Positions 20,852 through 31,755 of a stretch of 64,000 bases of DNA are shown here, piece after piece. Position numbers and translations under genes: made by a program. This DNA is from Pseudomonadota bacterium (lineage in GTDB: Bacteria > Pseudomonadota > Gammaproteobacteria > JAKAQQ01). Numbering within the stretch: position 1 is the stretch's first letter; every line of letters begins with the position of its first letter. The notes below the pieces were generated by a model that was not told where the DNA came from, searched no databases, and worked only from the letters and a program-made list of their open reading frames with translations. The stretch spans positions 69,490-133,489 of the forward strand of contig DAHXNI010000080.1 of NCBI GenBank assembly GCA_027365475.1, written 5' to 3'.

Positions 20852-22168
20852 TCAACTCGCCCGTGGCGGCCGACGGCGCGGGCGACGCGGGCGGCGGGAT
20901 GGCTGCGGGTCCCCGTCGCCGGCTTCCACGGTCGGAGACGATTCAGAGAAAACCTGCCAGTCGGTCCAGAGCGTGTGCGGTGCTTCTCCCGATTCGACCC
21001 GGAGCCTCAGAAAATCGAGACTCGCCTTGAAATCGGGATGCGTGAGGAGCCGCGCAGCCGATGGGACCGAGACACCCCGCTCGAGACGCACCTGGTTCAC
21101 GATCAGGGATTCGACCTGCTCCAGGATCCGGCGTGGGATGGCGACATGTTTCTGCTGTTCGCGCATGAGCGTTGCAAGCGCGCGGTGCATAGCGGCGAGC
21201 GTTTCCATTCCCTCTTTCTCATGCCATTCGACATACTGCCGGGTCGCAGCCCAGAGGAATGCCGTGACCAGGGTGACCAGTGAGGGGGCCCTCCCCATCC
21301 GGATGTGTGTGTCCGCCTCTGCGAGCGCATGGGCAATCAGTGCCCGAACCGTCTCCGCCTTTTCCGAGACCAGCATCTCCTGGGTCCAGGGGAACAGCGG
21401 TTTCAAAAGCCGATGTTCGAGGAGGCCCTGGAAACTATTCTGGGCTTGGCCCAAAAGAAAAATCTTGGTGATCTCATCGAAGAGACGGGCCGGAGGCACC
21501 GTCGCCAGTAATGGCGCCAGATGGCGCATCGGTTCGGAGGTTTCCGAATCGATGCAAAATCCGGTCTTCGCCTCAAAACGGACAGCACGCAGCATCCGTA
21601 CCGGATCTTCCCGATACCGGTTCTCGGGTACTCCGATCAGGCGGATCACCCGGCCCCTGATATCCGCATAACCTCCGACCCAATCGCGGATGGTTTCGCT
21701 CTGAGGGTCGAAGTAGAGCGCATTGATCGTAAAGTCCCGGCGTACGGCATCCTGTTGTTCAGTTCCATAAACGTTATCGCGCAGCAGGCGTCCGGCAGCT
21801 GAAAGTTCCAGGTTCGCATGGGCGTGACCCGCTGTGGGCGTCCCGCTCCGGAAGGTCGCGACTTCGACGATTTCAGATCCGAAATAGATGTGAACCAGGC
21901 GGAACCGGCGTCCGATGATGCGACTTCTGCGAAACAGACGTCGCACCTGTTCCGGCCGTGCGCATGTGGCCACATCAAAATCCTTGGGCGGGATCCCGAT
22001 AAGCAGGTCCCGCACACCCCCACCCACGATGTAGGCGGGATAGCCCTGATCCGCGAGCCGGTCCACCACAAAGCGTGACGCATCCGAGAACTGCCCCCTG
22101 GACAGGTGATGATCCGTAACGGGAATGATGTGCGGTTCGGGTTCGGAGCCGGGTTCTTGTTCGAGCAC
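20852..22168 (-). CDS. pcnB: poly(A) polymerase I
   Basis: VGGGVRDLL, KDFDVAT, IIGRRF.LVH, RRDFTINAL, EDPVRMLRA; start approximate. Confidence 0.95.
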   Translation of the reverse strand: MLEQEPGSEPEPHIIPVTDHHLSRGQFSDASRFVVDRLADQGYPAYIVGGGVRDLLIGIPPKDFDVATCARPEQVRRLFRRSRIIGRRFRLVHIYFGSEIVEVATFRSGTPTAGHAHANLELSAAGRLLRDNVYGTEQQDAVRRDFTINALYFDPQSETIRDWVGGYADIRGRVIRLIGVPENRYREDPVRMLRAVRFEAKTGFCIDSETSEPMRHLAPLLATVPPARLFDEITKIFLLGQAQNSFQGLLEHRLLKPLFPWTQEMLVSEKAETVRALIAHALAEADTHIRMGRAPSLVTLVTAFLWAATRQYVEWHEKEGMETLAAMHRALATLMREQQKHVAIPRRILEQVESLIVNQVRLERGVSVPSAARLLTHPDFKASLDFLRLRVESGEAPHTLWTDWQVFSESSPTVEAGDGDPQPSRRPRRPRRRPPRAS

Positions 22169-22236
22169 TTCAGCCTTAAGCTTTGTTTCACGGCTATAAT
22201 AACAAGTTCCCGCCTCCAACCGGTGATCCGGTTACT

Positions 22237-22312
22237 GCTCCCTTCGTCTAGAGGCCCAGGACGTCGCCCTCTCACGGCGAAAACAGGGGTTCGAATCCCC
22301 TAGGGAGCGCCA
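22237..22312 (+). tRNA. tRNA-Glu(CTC)
   Basis: Cloverleaf with anticodon arm TCGCC-CTCTCAC-GGCGA, GTTCGAATC T-loop and CCA end. Confidence 0.96.
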
Positions 22313-22476
22313 TAAAATCAATCACCTAGAGCGATTCTCTCCGTCCGGGTGAAGCACCCGGATCCCTGCTCAGACCCGCGAGGCAGTCGGCTTTCCAAGG
22401 GCAAGCGACCGAGACCGGGTTTCACCTGCGCAATTGACAGGCTATCATTCTCAGGTTCCCCCCGCATCCCTCGTCC

Positions 22477-22821
22477 ATGACCCATGTGGTGACCGAACCT
22501 TGTATCCGCTGCCGATACACCGACTGTGTGGAAAGCTGCCCAGTCGACTGTTTCCACGCCGGACCCCGTTTTGTCGCAATCGACCCGGATCTTTGCATCG
22601 ATTGCGCCCTCTGTGTCCCCGCCTGTCCGGTTCACGCCATCAAGCATGCGGACGAACTCCTTCAAACCGAGCAGGACTTTCTCGCCCTGAACAGAAGTCT
22701 CGCCCAGAGCTGGCCCGTACTGGCCCATTCGTTGCCACCGCCTGCCGATGCGGATCTCTGGCGTGAGGTGACGGACAAACGCCGCTGGCTGGCCTCCGAA
22801 GAGATACCGCCCCCCGGATGA
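22477..22821 (+). CDS. dicluster ferredoxin (FdxA type)
   Basis: [26 protein letters not shown]...[17 protein letters not shown]. Confidence 0.93.
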   Translation: MTHVVTEPCIRCRYTDCVESCPVDCFHAGPRFVAIDPDLCIDCALCVPACPVHAIKHADELLQTEQDFLALNRSLAQSWPVLAHSLPPPADADLWREVTDKRRWLASEEIPPPG

Positions 22822-24899
22822 ACGTTTCACCCATCGCGAACCGCCTGTCTCGGGAAACCAGTCCCTATCTCGTCGAGCACGCCGGAAACCCCGTCGACTG
22901 GTACCCGTTTGGGGCCGAAGCACTCGACCGGGCACGCCTGGAACACAAACCCATCCTCCTTTCGATCGGATATCTGGCCTGTCACTGGTGCCACATCATG
23001 GCCAGAGAATCCTTTGAAGACGAGACCATCGCAGCACTGATGAACCGGCTCTATGTCAACATCAAGGTCGACCGGGAAGAACGCCCGGATCTCGACCAGG
23101 TCTACCAGCTTGCGCATTCCGTCCTGACCGGGCGCCCGGGAGGCTGGCCGCTCACGGTCTTTCTGGAACCCGGTGAGCTCACTCCATTTTTCGCAGGAAC
23201 CTATTTTCCGAAGGTGGCCCGCTTCGGGCTGCCGGGCTTTCCGGATGTCCTCATCCGGGTCGAGGAGTATTTCCGCTCCTCCGGATCCGAACGCGAGGGG
23301 GTATCGCAAAGAGTTCGGGAGATTCTTCAGTCGATCGCACGGAGCGACCCGGACGCTCGCGGGGGGGACACACGCGATCCCGCCCTGCTCGGTCTCGCCT
23401 CCCTCACGCAAAGTTTCGATGCGCGTTGGGGCGGATTCGGTCCCGCACCCAAGTTCCCGCACGCGAGCGCCCTTTCGTTCCTTCTCGAAACCGGACACTC
23501 AGCGGGCCCATCGACAAATCGGGAACCCTCTCCGCAGACGCTCCTCACGACCACGCTCACCCGAATGGCCGAGGGCGGCATCTACGACCCGATTGGGGGA
23601 GGATTTTTCCGCTACAGCGTGGATGAGCAATGGGCCATTCCGCATTTCGAGAAGATGCTTTACGACAATGCCCTCCTCCTGCCCATCTACGCCGAAGCCT
23701 GGAGACAGACCGGTTCAATACACTACCGGAGAGTGGCCGAGGAGACCGCCCAGTGGATTCTCGAGACGATGTGTGCGCCCGAGGGCGGATTTTATTCGAG
23801 CCTCGATGCCGACTCCGATTCAGGCGAGGGAGGCTACTACCTTTGGGATGCCCGGGCCGTCGAGGGGCTCCTCACGGCCGAGGAGTGGCGCTTGATCGCT
23901 CCTCATTACGGCCTGAACGCTCCCGCCAACTTCGAGGGACACTGGCATCTTTCCATCCGTGAGACGGCAGCCGATCTTGGCACCCGTCTGGGGCTCGAGG
24001 AGAACATCGTGGAAGCAAGGCTCCACTCCGGTCGGGAGAAACTTCAAAACGCCCGCACAGAACGTACGCCACCGCGCATCGACCGCAAGATTCTCGCATC
24101 GACCAACGGCCTCATGATCGCCGGACTGAGCCGCGCGGGACGGCTCATGGGCCAGGAGCACTGGATCGATGCGGCGGCTCGGGCCGCCGATTTCCTTGCG
24201 AACCGGCTCGTCTCATCCGGACGGCTTCAAAGCAGTTACTGTTCGGGGATTGCGCGTGGCCCCGCCTTTCTGCACGATCATGCTTTTTTGCTCACAGGAC
24301 TCCTGGAACTCGTCCAGGCACGCTGGCAGTCCACCTGGTACGAATGGAGTCTCGACATCGCAGAAGCCCTGCTCGAGCGCTTCGAGGATCGGGACCGGGG
24401 CGGATTCTGGTTTACGGCCGACGATCAGCCGGTGTCCCTCATGCGTCCCAAAATCTGGGGCGACGATGCGACCCCTGCGGCCAACGCCCTGGCCGCACGG
24501 GCACTCGCGCTGTTAGGACATCTCTCGGGAGTCAGTCGCTATCTTGAAGCAGCCACACGGACGATTGACGCCGGCCGACCCCACTTCGAATCCGCCCCGG
24601 GTTCCCATCTCGCGCTGATCACGAGCGCCCAGGCACTCAGCCAACCCGGGTGTTCCATGATTCTGCGCGGAGATCCGCAAGCGCTTCCCCGTTGGCAATC
24701 ATCCATCCAGGCCTCTGTGGCTTTCGGCTACAACCTTTATGCCATCCCGTCCGAAGCGGAGTTCAGCGCGGGTTTGCTCAGCCACTGCGTGCCCCGGGGA
24801 CCGGCCTGTCTTTATGTCTGCACCGGAACCCAATGTTCGAAACCCATCACCTCCCTCGCATCCCTGAACACCTTTCTCGTGGAGTGTGCGCGGGAGTGA
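22818..24899 (+). CDS. thioredoxin-domain protein, YyaL/SSP411 family
   Basis: [40 protein letters not shown]. Confidence 0.92.
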   Translation: MNVSPIANRLSRETSPYLVEHAGNPVDWYPFGAEALDRARLEHKPILLSIGYLACHWCHIMARESFEDETIAALMNRLYVNIKVDREERPDLDQVYQLAHSVLTGRPGGWPLTVFLEPGELTPFFAGTYFPKVARFGLPGFPDVLIRVEEYFRSSGSEREGVSQRVREILQSIARSDPDARGGDTRDPALLGLASLTQSFDARWGGFGPAPKFPHASALSFLLETGHSAGPSTNREPSPQTLLTTTLTRMAEGGIYDPIGGGFFRYSVDEQWAIPHFEKMLYDNALLLPIYAEAWRQTGSIHYRRVAEETAQWILETMCAPEGGFYSSLDADSDSGEGGYYLWDARAVEGLLTAEEWRLIAPHYGLNAPANFEGHWHLSIRETAADLGTRLGLEENIVEARLHSGREKLQNARTERTPPRIDRKILASTNGLMIAGLSRAGRLMGQEHWIDAAARAADFLANRLVSSGRLQSSYCSGIARGPAFLHDHAFLLTGLLELVQARWQSTWYEWSLDIAEALLERFEDRDRGGFWFTADDQPVSLMRPKIWGDDATPAANALAARALALLGHLSGVSRYLEAATRTIDAGRPHFESAPGSHLALITSAQALSQPGCSMILRGDPQALPRWQSSIQASVAFGYNLYAIPSEAEFSAGLLSHCVPRGPACLYVCTGTQCSKPITSLASLNTFLVECARE

Positions 24900-25171
24900 A
24901 CCGGCCGCTCCGGATTGAGGGCATGCAGCTTGTCAAAAGCTCAAGCGGTCACTAGACTAGGCACATCCCGAATGGCATTGGATCCCCCGGTGTACCTTTC
25001 CTGTGCGACCGGACGGCTTGAGTGTGTGATCTCCGGCTGCGATCCGAACCGGTTTGGGGCCGAACCGATCGCACTCCCTCCGGTAAAACCGACAATCGTG
25101 ACGACCCACCGCAATACGCAACCGAGACACGAGACTGCCTTTGACCCGGAACCCTACCTCCTTTGTGAGTC

Positions 25172-26473
25172 ATGGCCGCGCCTGAACGGGATCGCCTTAA
25201 GGAGCGTTCGTTGAGTGTTCCCGAATCCGGACCGCCAATGGGTGATTCGACCCTTCCTTGGAGCTTCCATCTCAAAACCTTTCTCGCAGTTCTCGGCCCT
25301 GGGCTGATCGTCATGCTGGCCGACACCGACGTCGGCAGCATCATCACAGCCGCACAAAGTGGTGCTCAGTGGGGTTACCAGCTGCTATCGCTCCAGATCC
25401 TCCTGATCCCGATTCTCTACATCGCCCAGGAACTCACGGTACGGCTGGGGATATTTACGGGCAAGGGGCATGGCGAACTCATCCGCTCGCAGTTCGGTCC
25501 CATGTGGGCTTGGATCTCGGTCGGGGGTCTCGTTCTGGCCAGCATTGGCGCACTTCTGACCGAGTTTTCCGGGGTGGCGAGTGTGGCTTCGCTCTTTGGC
25601 ATCCCCCGTTTCTGGGGGCTCGGCTTGGTCATTGCCTTTCTCCTGATCGTCGTCTGGACCGGAACCTACCGGCGCGTCGAACGGATCGCTATCGCTTTGG
25701 GACTTTTTGAACTCGTCTTTTTCGCGATCGCCATCGCGGCCCATCCGGATTTGGGTGCCATGGGAACCCAGATGATGACCTTTCCAGTCACGCATATCAG
25801 CTTTCTCGTGCTCGTATCCGCCAACATCGGTGCGGTGATCATGCCCTGGATGATCTTCTACCAACAGTCGGCGGTTACGGACAAGGGCCTCCGACCGGAA
25901 CATTATCAGCACGCACGCTGGGATACAGCCATTGGAGCGCTCGTGACGCAACTCATCATGGCTGCAGTCCTCATCGCGACGGCTGCCACGATCGGAACGA
26001 CCGATCCCCATGTCCCACTCAATACCGTGGGCCAGGTCTCCCATGTCTTGACCCCCTTCCTCGGCCCCCTGCTTGGCAAGGTGATCTATAGCCTCGGGAT
26101 TCTCGGAGCGGCCGCGGTGGCCGCCATCGTGGTCTCACTGGCCGTAGCCTGGAGCGTGGGCGAAGTCACGGGCTACCGGCATTCCCTGGAGCTCGAACCC
26201 CGCCAGGCACCCTGGTTTTACACGGTCTACACGATCGTGATCCTGGCCGGAGGCGCGATCGTGGCCGTCGCCCGAAACCTGGTCACCCTCGTGATTGTGG
26301 TCGAGGTCATGAACGCTTTTCTCCTGCCTCTGGTGCTGGGCTTCCTGGTCGCACTCGCCATATTCGCGTTGCCACCCGCACATCGCCTGCGCGGCTGGTA
26401 TCGCTGGCTCGTCGTAGGGATCTTCATTCTCACCGCGGTTCTCGGGATCTACGGCGGCCTCGCGGGTCTTTGA
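25172..26473 (+). CDS. NRAMP-superfamily divalent cation transporter
   Basis: GPGLIVMLADTDVGS, QELTVRLG, GAVIMPW.IFYQQS; about 11 TM segments. Confidence 0.88.
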   Translation: MAAPERDRLKERSLSVPESGPPMGDSTLPWSFHLKTFLAVLGPGLIVMLADTDVGSIITAAQSGAQWGYQLLSLQILLIPILYIAQELTVRLGIFTGKGHGELIRSQFGPMWAWISVGGLVLASIGALLTEFSGVASVASLFGIPRFWGLGLVIAFLLIVVWTGTYRRVERIAIALGLFELVFFAIAIAAHPDLGAMGTQMMTFPVTHISFLVLVSANIGAVIMPWMIFYQQSAVTDKGLRPEHYQHARWDTAIGALVTQLIMAAVLIATAATIGTTDPHVPLNTVGQVSHVLTPFLGPLLGKVIYSLGILGAAAVAAIVVSLAVAWSVGEVTGYRHSLELEPRQAPWFYTVYTIVILAGGAIVAVARNLVTLVIVVEVMNAFLLPLVLGFLVALAIFALPPAHRLRGWYRWLVVGIFILTAVLGIYGGLAGL

Positions 26474-26584
26474 AGCCCGAGCGCAACTCACTTCGTGAGC
26501 CTGCACCCCCTATGGTTTGCGAGCTCGAATTTTTTCAAGTAGTGCATAAACTACGCTTCTCAGCTTCCGCGAACGAGTGACCCC

Positions 26585-26944
26585 ATGCCAGACGAAATAT
26601 GCCGAACCGGCGTTGTCACAAAACCGTATCGACAACCATACCCCGATCCCATTCGTGTATCAGCAGGCGAGCGGGTGTCACCAGACTTTGCGAAATCGAC
26701 AGATGTGCCGGGCTGGGTATGGTGCACGGACGATCGAGGACGCAGCGGATGGACTCCTCTCGATTGGCTGGCACAGGATGGCGGCGCACGGCACATGACC
26801 CGTGACTTCGATGCGATTGAGCTTTGTGTCGATGTGGGCGCGAGAGTGGTGATACACGCGCAGATCGCCAGCTTCTACTGGGTCACGACGGACGACAGAC
26901 GCACCGGATGGGTTCCTTGCAGCCACATATGCGTTGATGACTAG
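26585..26944 (+). CDS. tandem SH3-domain small protein
   Basis: Two SH3-like repeats: GWVWC....RSGWTP and FYWV......GWVP. Confidence 0.7.
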   Translation: MPDEICRTGVVTKPYRQPYPDPIRVSAGERVSPDFAKSTDVPGWVWCTDDRGRSGWTPLDWLAQDGGARHMTRDFDAIELCVDVGARVVIHAQIASFYWVTTDDRRTGWVPCSHICVDD

Positions 26945-27146
26945 GCTGAATGTATAGCCAGATCCCTGATTGCAAGGGTGATGATGGGTGAAGGTTCAAA
27001 AGCGGTTTGCGCCCATGTATCCAACCTCATGATGAAGGCAGTGAAGCCTTCGGGCCTCGATGGGGGAAGGCGCACTCGACCTGGGACAGCGACTTAAGGC
27101 GAAGGCAAACCGCGAAGCCTACGACCGCTTGGGTCGGGGGGTGCGA

Positions 27147-27980
27147 TCAGTGCAGACTACGTGCGAGACGCCTTTGATATTCGAGGCGTCGGTCCTCCTG
27201 TCCGACCAGCGGGAAAGCCGTCCGGATGGCTTCCTGGAGACGGGACCGCTCATCGGGCCCGGTTTCCGGGAGCGCTGCGAGCCAGTCTTCAACCGCCGCC
27301 TCCCCTCTTCCCGCAAGGATCTGCCGCGCACCCATGCTGAGCCGGGCGGCCAATGCGGGCGGCAGCTGGCCGAGTCCCTGCTCCAAGAGGGAGACGAAGT
27401 AGAGCAGGGAGCGTACGCGTTCGTAAAGCGAGTCCGCCAGGGCCGAGGCAGGCAGCTGGTCGAATGTTTGACGGGCTTGGGCGCTATCCCCGTGGAGAAT
27501 GTCGACTAGACAGCTCGCGAGCACGATGTGGGCATCGTCCGGATGCTGCTCGCGCACCCGGTTCAGCGTGGCGCGCGCCTCGCGGATTTCCCCTCGCCAC
27601 GCAGCAGCCAGCGCATGGTCTACCGTTTCGGTCTCCGGTTTGGGGATATGTTTGTCGATCAGGTTCTGGATGAAGCTCCCGGATTGAACACCCACAAACG
27701 CTTCCACGATGCGCCCCTCGTGAAACAGCTTGACCGCCGGAATACCCTGGATTCCGTACGACTGGGCGAGGGCTGGATGTTCGTCGATGTTTACCCTGGC
27801 CAGATGAATCCGGCCCGCGTACTGTCCAATCAGCGATTCGAGAATGGGACCGAGCGTCCGGCAGGGCGCACACCAGGGGGCCCAAAAGTCGACGAGCACG
27901 GGCTGGATGCCCGAGCCGTCAATCACGATCCGTTTAAAATCGTCGCCTGAAATATCATGAATCCAAGCCGATTGAGTCAT
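27147..27980 (-). CDS. thioredoxin-TPR co-chaperone (YbbN/CnoX family)
   Basis: DFWAPWCAPC thioredoxin domain, helical repeats, C-terminal YQRRLARSLH. Confidence 0.88.
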   Translation of the reverse strand: MTQSAWIHDISGDDFKRIVIDGSGIQPVLVDFWAPWCAPCRTLGPILESLIGQYAGRIHLARVNIDEHPALAQSYGIQGIPAVKLFHEGRIVEAFVGVQSGSFIQNLIDKHIPKPETETVDHALAAAWRGEIREARATLNRVREQHPDDAHIVLASCLVDILHGDSAQARQTFDQLPASALADSLYERVRSLLYFVSLLEQGLGQLPPALAARLSMGARQILAGRGEAAVEDWLAALPETGPDERSRLQEAIRTAFPLVGQEDRRLEYQRRLARSLH

Positions 27981-28121
27981 GCCAGGCCACCCTCAAATAC
28001 GACAGCAACGGAATTCTAACCCGCACATGCAGGCTGACGAAACCCGCCTCAGGGGCACAGTTTGCGCCTGCGCCCGTGCTCGCTTGCACTGGCTCTTCCC
28101 CCCTCTGGGATCGCTTCCGAT

Positions 28122-29831
28122 TTAATCGCCCAGCGCGAGACCGGCCGGATAGCGCAGGTCATTCACTCCTTCGAGCCAGCCGGATGGCGTCACGATCACG
28201 CTCTCGGCATCCCCCCAGCTGCGGCTGCCCCAGGGCGAGCCCGCCCGGAAGCGGTATCCCCAATCCCGGAGCTGATCCATCGTGCGCTTCGAGAAAGCCC
28301 CCGGTTCGTAATAAATCACATCCGGCTGCCATTGCATGTGGAAACGCGGTGCATCCACCGCTGCAGAAGCTCCGAGATGATAATCCACAAGGTTCAGGAT
28401 GACCTGGAGAACCGTCGTTGTGATGGTCGAACCACCAGGGCTCCCCGTGACGATAAAAAGACGGCCCTTCCTTGTAACGATCGTCGGCGTCATGGAGGAC
28501 AGGGGTCGCTTGCCCGGAGCAATGGCATTGACCGGCCCTTGTACCAATCCGTAGGCGTTCGGGTGGTCCGGCGCCGTCGTAAAATCGTCCATTTCGTTGT
28601 TCAGGAAAAACCCGGTGTGCGGAGCCATGAATCCCGTTCCAAAAAACGTGTTCAGGGTGTACGTCACCGAAACGGCGTTACCAAACCGGTCAACGATCGA
28701 ATACTGAGTCGTATCATGTCCTTCATGATCCAAAGTGATGCCGGGGCGGACATCAGCCGAGGGAGTGGCGCGCCGGGGTGCGATCCGCTTCCTGATGGAT
28801 CGGGCATAGGCCTGGGAAAGGAGTCTCCGTAGCGGCATGCGAACAAACGCGGGATCACCGAGAAAAGTGTTGCGATCGGCATAAGCCCAGCGCATGGCCT
28901 CCGTGATGAAATGAACGGAAAGAGCGGAGTGAAACCCGTAGCGGCCAAGTGGATAACCGCGCAGAATGTCGAGCATCTCGCAAAGGGTCGCGCCGCCTCC
29001 TGGAGGTGGAGCGGTCAGCACCTCAACCCCGCGATAGCGGCAGCGTAATGGACGGGTCACGACAGGCCGGTAATCCAGAAAGTCCGCAAGACTCAAAATT
29101 CCGCCGTGCCGTCGGCTGGCCTTGACGATGGCGCGTGCGATGGGGCCTTCGTAGAAGGCACGGGCGCCGCCCCGGGCGATCCGTGCAAGTGTTTTCGCAA
29201 GCGTGGGCTGTCTGAGCAGAGCCCCGGCACCCAGTGGGCGCCCGTGTGAGAAGAAAATCCGGACCGCGTACGGATCCTGGGCGAGTCTCCGGGCATCCCC
29301 CGCGAGAAGCTTCGCATCATCTGGCGAGAGCACAAATCCGAGACGGGCCAACCGTATGGCCGGAGCGAGCAGGCGTGCACGCGGCCAGGTGCCCCAGAGC
29401 CGTCGCGCTTCTTCCAGCCCGGCCACGGTTCCCGGCACCCCTATGGCTTTCCACGAATAGAGGCTCAGTCCCGGAATGGGCTCGCCCTTCCGATTGAGGT
29501 AAAGATCCGGGGTTGCGGCCTGTGGAGCGACCTCGCGGAAATCCAGGAAACGGGCCGCCCCATGCGCGGGGCGGTAAATCATGAATCCGCCTCCGCCGAG
29601 ATTGCCGCAGCAGGGGTCGGTCACGGCCAGGGCATAACCCACGGCTACCGCCGCATCCACGGCATTGCCTCCTGATCGGAGAACAGCCAGCCCAACCCGG
29701 GTGGCTTGACGCTCGGCGGTCACGACCATCGCGTGCCGGGCGAGGACGGGCGGCGGATAGGAAGCCGTCCGCGCGAACACTGCGAGCGGGGTCATCCCTG
29801 CCAGAATCAAAAGACCGATGAGTCTCGTCAT
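28122..29831 (-). CDS. ggt: gamma-glutamyltransferase
   Basis: Signal peptide, GGNAVDAAVA, TTQYSIVD, NNEMDDF, KRPLSSMTP, GSPGGS. Confidence 0.95.
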   Translation of the reverse strand: MTRLIGLLILAGMTPLAVFARTASYPPPVLARHAMVVTAERQATRVGLAVLRSGGNAVDAAVAVGYALAVTDPCCGNLGGGGFMIYRPAHGAARFLDFREVAPQAATPDLYLNRKGEPIPGLSLYSWKAIGVPGTVAGLEEARRLWGTWPRARLLAPAIRLARLGFVLSPDDAKLLAGDARRLAQDPYAVRIFFSHGRPLGAGALLRQPTLAKTLARIARGGARAFYEGPIARAIVKASRRHGGILSLADFLDYRPVVTRPLRCRYRGVEVLTAPPPGGGATLCEMLDILRGYPLGRYGFHSALSVHFITEAMRWAYADRNTFLGDPAFVRMPLRRLLSQAYARSIRKRIAPRRATPSADVRPGITLDHEGHDTTQYSIVDRFGNAVSVTYTLNTFFGTGFMAPHTGFFLNNEMDDFTTAPDHPNAYGLVQGPVNAIAPGKRPLSSMTPTIVTRKGRLFIVTGSPGGSTITTTVLQVILNLVDYHLGASAAVDAPRFHMQWQPDVIYYEPGAFSKRTMDQLRDWGYRFRAGSPWGSRSWGDAESVIVTPSGWLEGVNDLRYPAGLALGD

Positions 29832-30184
29832 GTCAGGATACTCGGGAAATTCCTGGTTCAACTGTACCTCAAATCGGCTCACTCTATGTTTTCGCGGCGC
29901 ACACGATGCGTTCCGGTTCACGACGCACGAGTCGCGAAGGTCAGTCCACGCGGCAGGCTCGCGGGGTCAACTGAGCACGCGCCCAATCGAGACAGAAATC
30001 ACGATTCGTACGCCACACCCTGGGACACGATCACAGCTATCGACGAGCTGCACGTCTCGGGTGGCACAACCCTTGGGATGTCGGGGGAGTGTACCCGAGG
30101 AGCCCAGGCAGGCGGAGACCGAGTGCAAAATGGCACACTTGGCCGATTGATCGATCGTTAATCTATTGATCGATTTAAGATGCA

Positions 30185-30224
30185 ATAATGCCGGGGTCGA
30201 GGGTTCGAGTCCCTCCCTTCCACC
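30185..30224 (+). other. 3' half of a tRNA (Met/Ile2-like); probable att-site remnant
   Basis: ATAATGCCGGGGTCGAGGGTTCGAGTCCCTCCC gives the T-arm and part of the anticodon arm; no 5' half. Confidence 0.65.
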
Positions 30225-30395
30225 GCCACCTGCTCGAGCGAGAGAAGCTCGGTAAGAAGCTGCTCACGAGGGTGAATGCCTACCTCGCCCTCAATGGGAT
30301 CAGGATCAGCAACGGCACCGTCGTCGATGCCCGATCATCAGCGCACCGAGTTCTACCAAGAACAAGGAGGGCAAGCGCGACCCGTAGATGCACCA
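30219..30395 (+). pseudogene. IS5-family transposase fragment
   Basis: FHRHLLE...GTVVDA, then frameshifted IISAPSSTKNKEGKRDP*MHQ. Confidence 0.8.
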
Positions 30396-30452
30396 AGAGC
30401 GACCGGGCTGCTCGGGGTTGCCAATCCGGAAATATCTGACTAAAATCAGGCA

Positions 30453-31337
30453 ATGAGCGCCGACATTGCAGCGATTCGCCAATTCAATCGCACGGTCACC
30501 CGGCGGCTCGGCGTGCTCAACGAGAAGTATCTGGGGCGTGACCGGCCCCTTGCCGAGTCGCGCATACTGTTTGAGATCGGCTCCAAAGGCGCGCCCGTTC
30601 GCGAGCTGCGCGAACGGCTCGGTCTCGATTCCGGCTACGCCAGCCGCCTGCTGCGGGCGCTCGAGCGCAAGGGGTTCGCGACGACGGCCAGTAAGGCCGG
30701 CGAAGATGGACGAGCGAAGTTCGCGCGGCTCACCCGGTCCGGCCATACCGAGGTCCGGCGTCTCAATGCACTCTCCGACGATCTGGCACAGTCAATGCTC
30801 GAGCCGCTGACCAGGGAGCAGGCCGCGCGGATGGTCTCGGCAATGACCGAGGTCGATCGGCTGCTGCGCGCCTCGGGCATCGAACTGACTCCGGTGGATC
30901 CTCGCAGCGCAGGCGCACAGTGGTGCCTCGGCCGGTACTTCGACGAGCTGTCGTCTCGTTTCCCCGAAGGTTACGATCACGGTGCCGACGGCGCGACCGA
31001 TCTCGATGACTTCCGCCCGCCACGGGGTTGCTTTCTGGTCGCGAGCCTGTTCGGCGGGTCCGTCGGCTGCGGCGGGATTCGCACTCTCGCGCCCCGGATG
31101 GGCGAGATAAAGCGTTTGTGGGTCTCGCCGCAGGTGCGCGGACTCGGCGTCGGCCGCAGACTCCTCGAAGCGCTGGAGCGGGTGGGCCGCGAGCGAAAAA
31201 TGCGCCGCGTGCGCCTCGACACTCACGAGTCGCTTACCGAGGCGCGGCACCTGTATCGGTCTTCGGGGTACAAGGAGATCGCCCAGTTCAACGACAATCC
31301 TTATGCGCATCACTGGTTCGAGAAAACGCTCGAATGA
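30453..31337 (+). CDS. MarR HTH-GNAT acetyltransferase fusion
   Basis: LGLDSGYASRLLRALE (wHTH); GEIKRLWV...RGLGVGRRLL, LYRSSGY (GNAT). Confidence 0.88.
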   Translation: MSADIAAIRQFNRTVTRRLGVLNEKYLGRDRPLAESRILFEIGSKGAPVRELRERLGLDSGYASRLLRALERKGFATTASKAGEDGRAKFARLTRSGHTEVRRLNALSDDLAQSMLEPLTREQAARMVSAMTEVDRLLRASGIELTPVDPRSAGAQWCLGRYFDELSSRFPEGYDHGADGATDLDDFRPPRGCFLVASLFGGSVGCGGIRTLAPRMGEIKRLWVSPQVRGLGVGRRLLEALERVGRERKMRRVRLDTHESLTEARHLYRSSGYKEIAQFNDNPYAHHWFEKTLE

Positions 31338-31755
31338 CGAGCTACCCGCTTGCCGGCCCGCCATATTCGGCGTTGAGAACGGGTTGCCGTTAGTCGACCT
31401 ACGGGTGCTGACTGGAACCACATAGCGTGGTCCAGGCACCCATGCGCACCCGTATGCTCACATTCTCTACGTACTGGCGGGAGCGGTGAGCCTACTCATC
31501 GACGGTGAATGGACAGAAGCTACGTGTGGCTGATAAGCCATCATACATGCTGGAGTCGCGCCATCGTCCGCATAGGATCGCCTTCGCCCGGTCACTCTCA
31601 TCCCGAGCGCTTTGTGCGCCTGTGAGCAGGCGCGCTTTTTGATGTGGGTCTGAGCGCTCTTTTTGAGGTGGTTCCCGATCGCGGTTCCCATTCGTGCTGT
31701 AGAGAGAGCGGGAACCGGAACCGGGAACCGATGGGTCGGCAGAGGCGATGAGTCG

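Noticed and set aside
30131-30228. Full or intron-containing tRNA-Cys (GGCACACTTGGCCGA...TGCAA...T-arm)
   Set aside because: No acceptor-stem or anticodon-stem pairing; only the 3' half is tRNA-like
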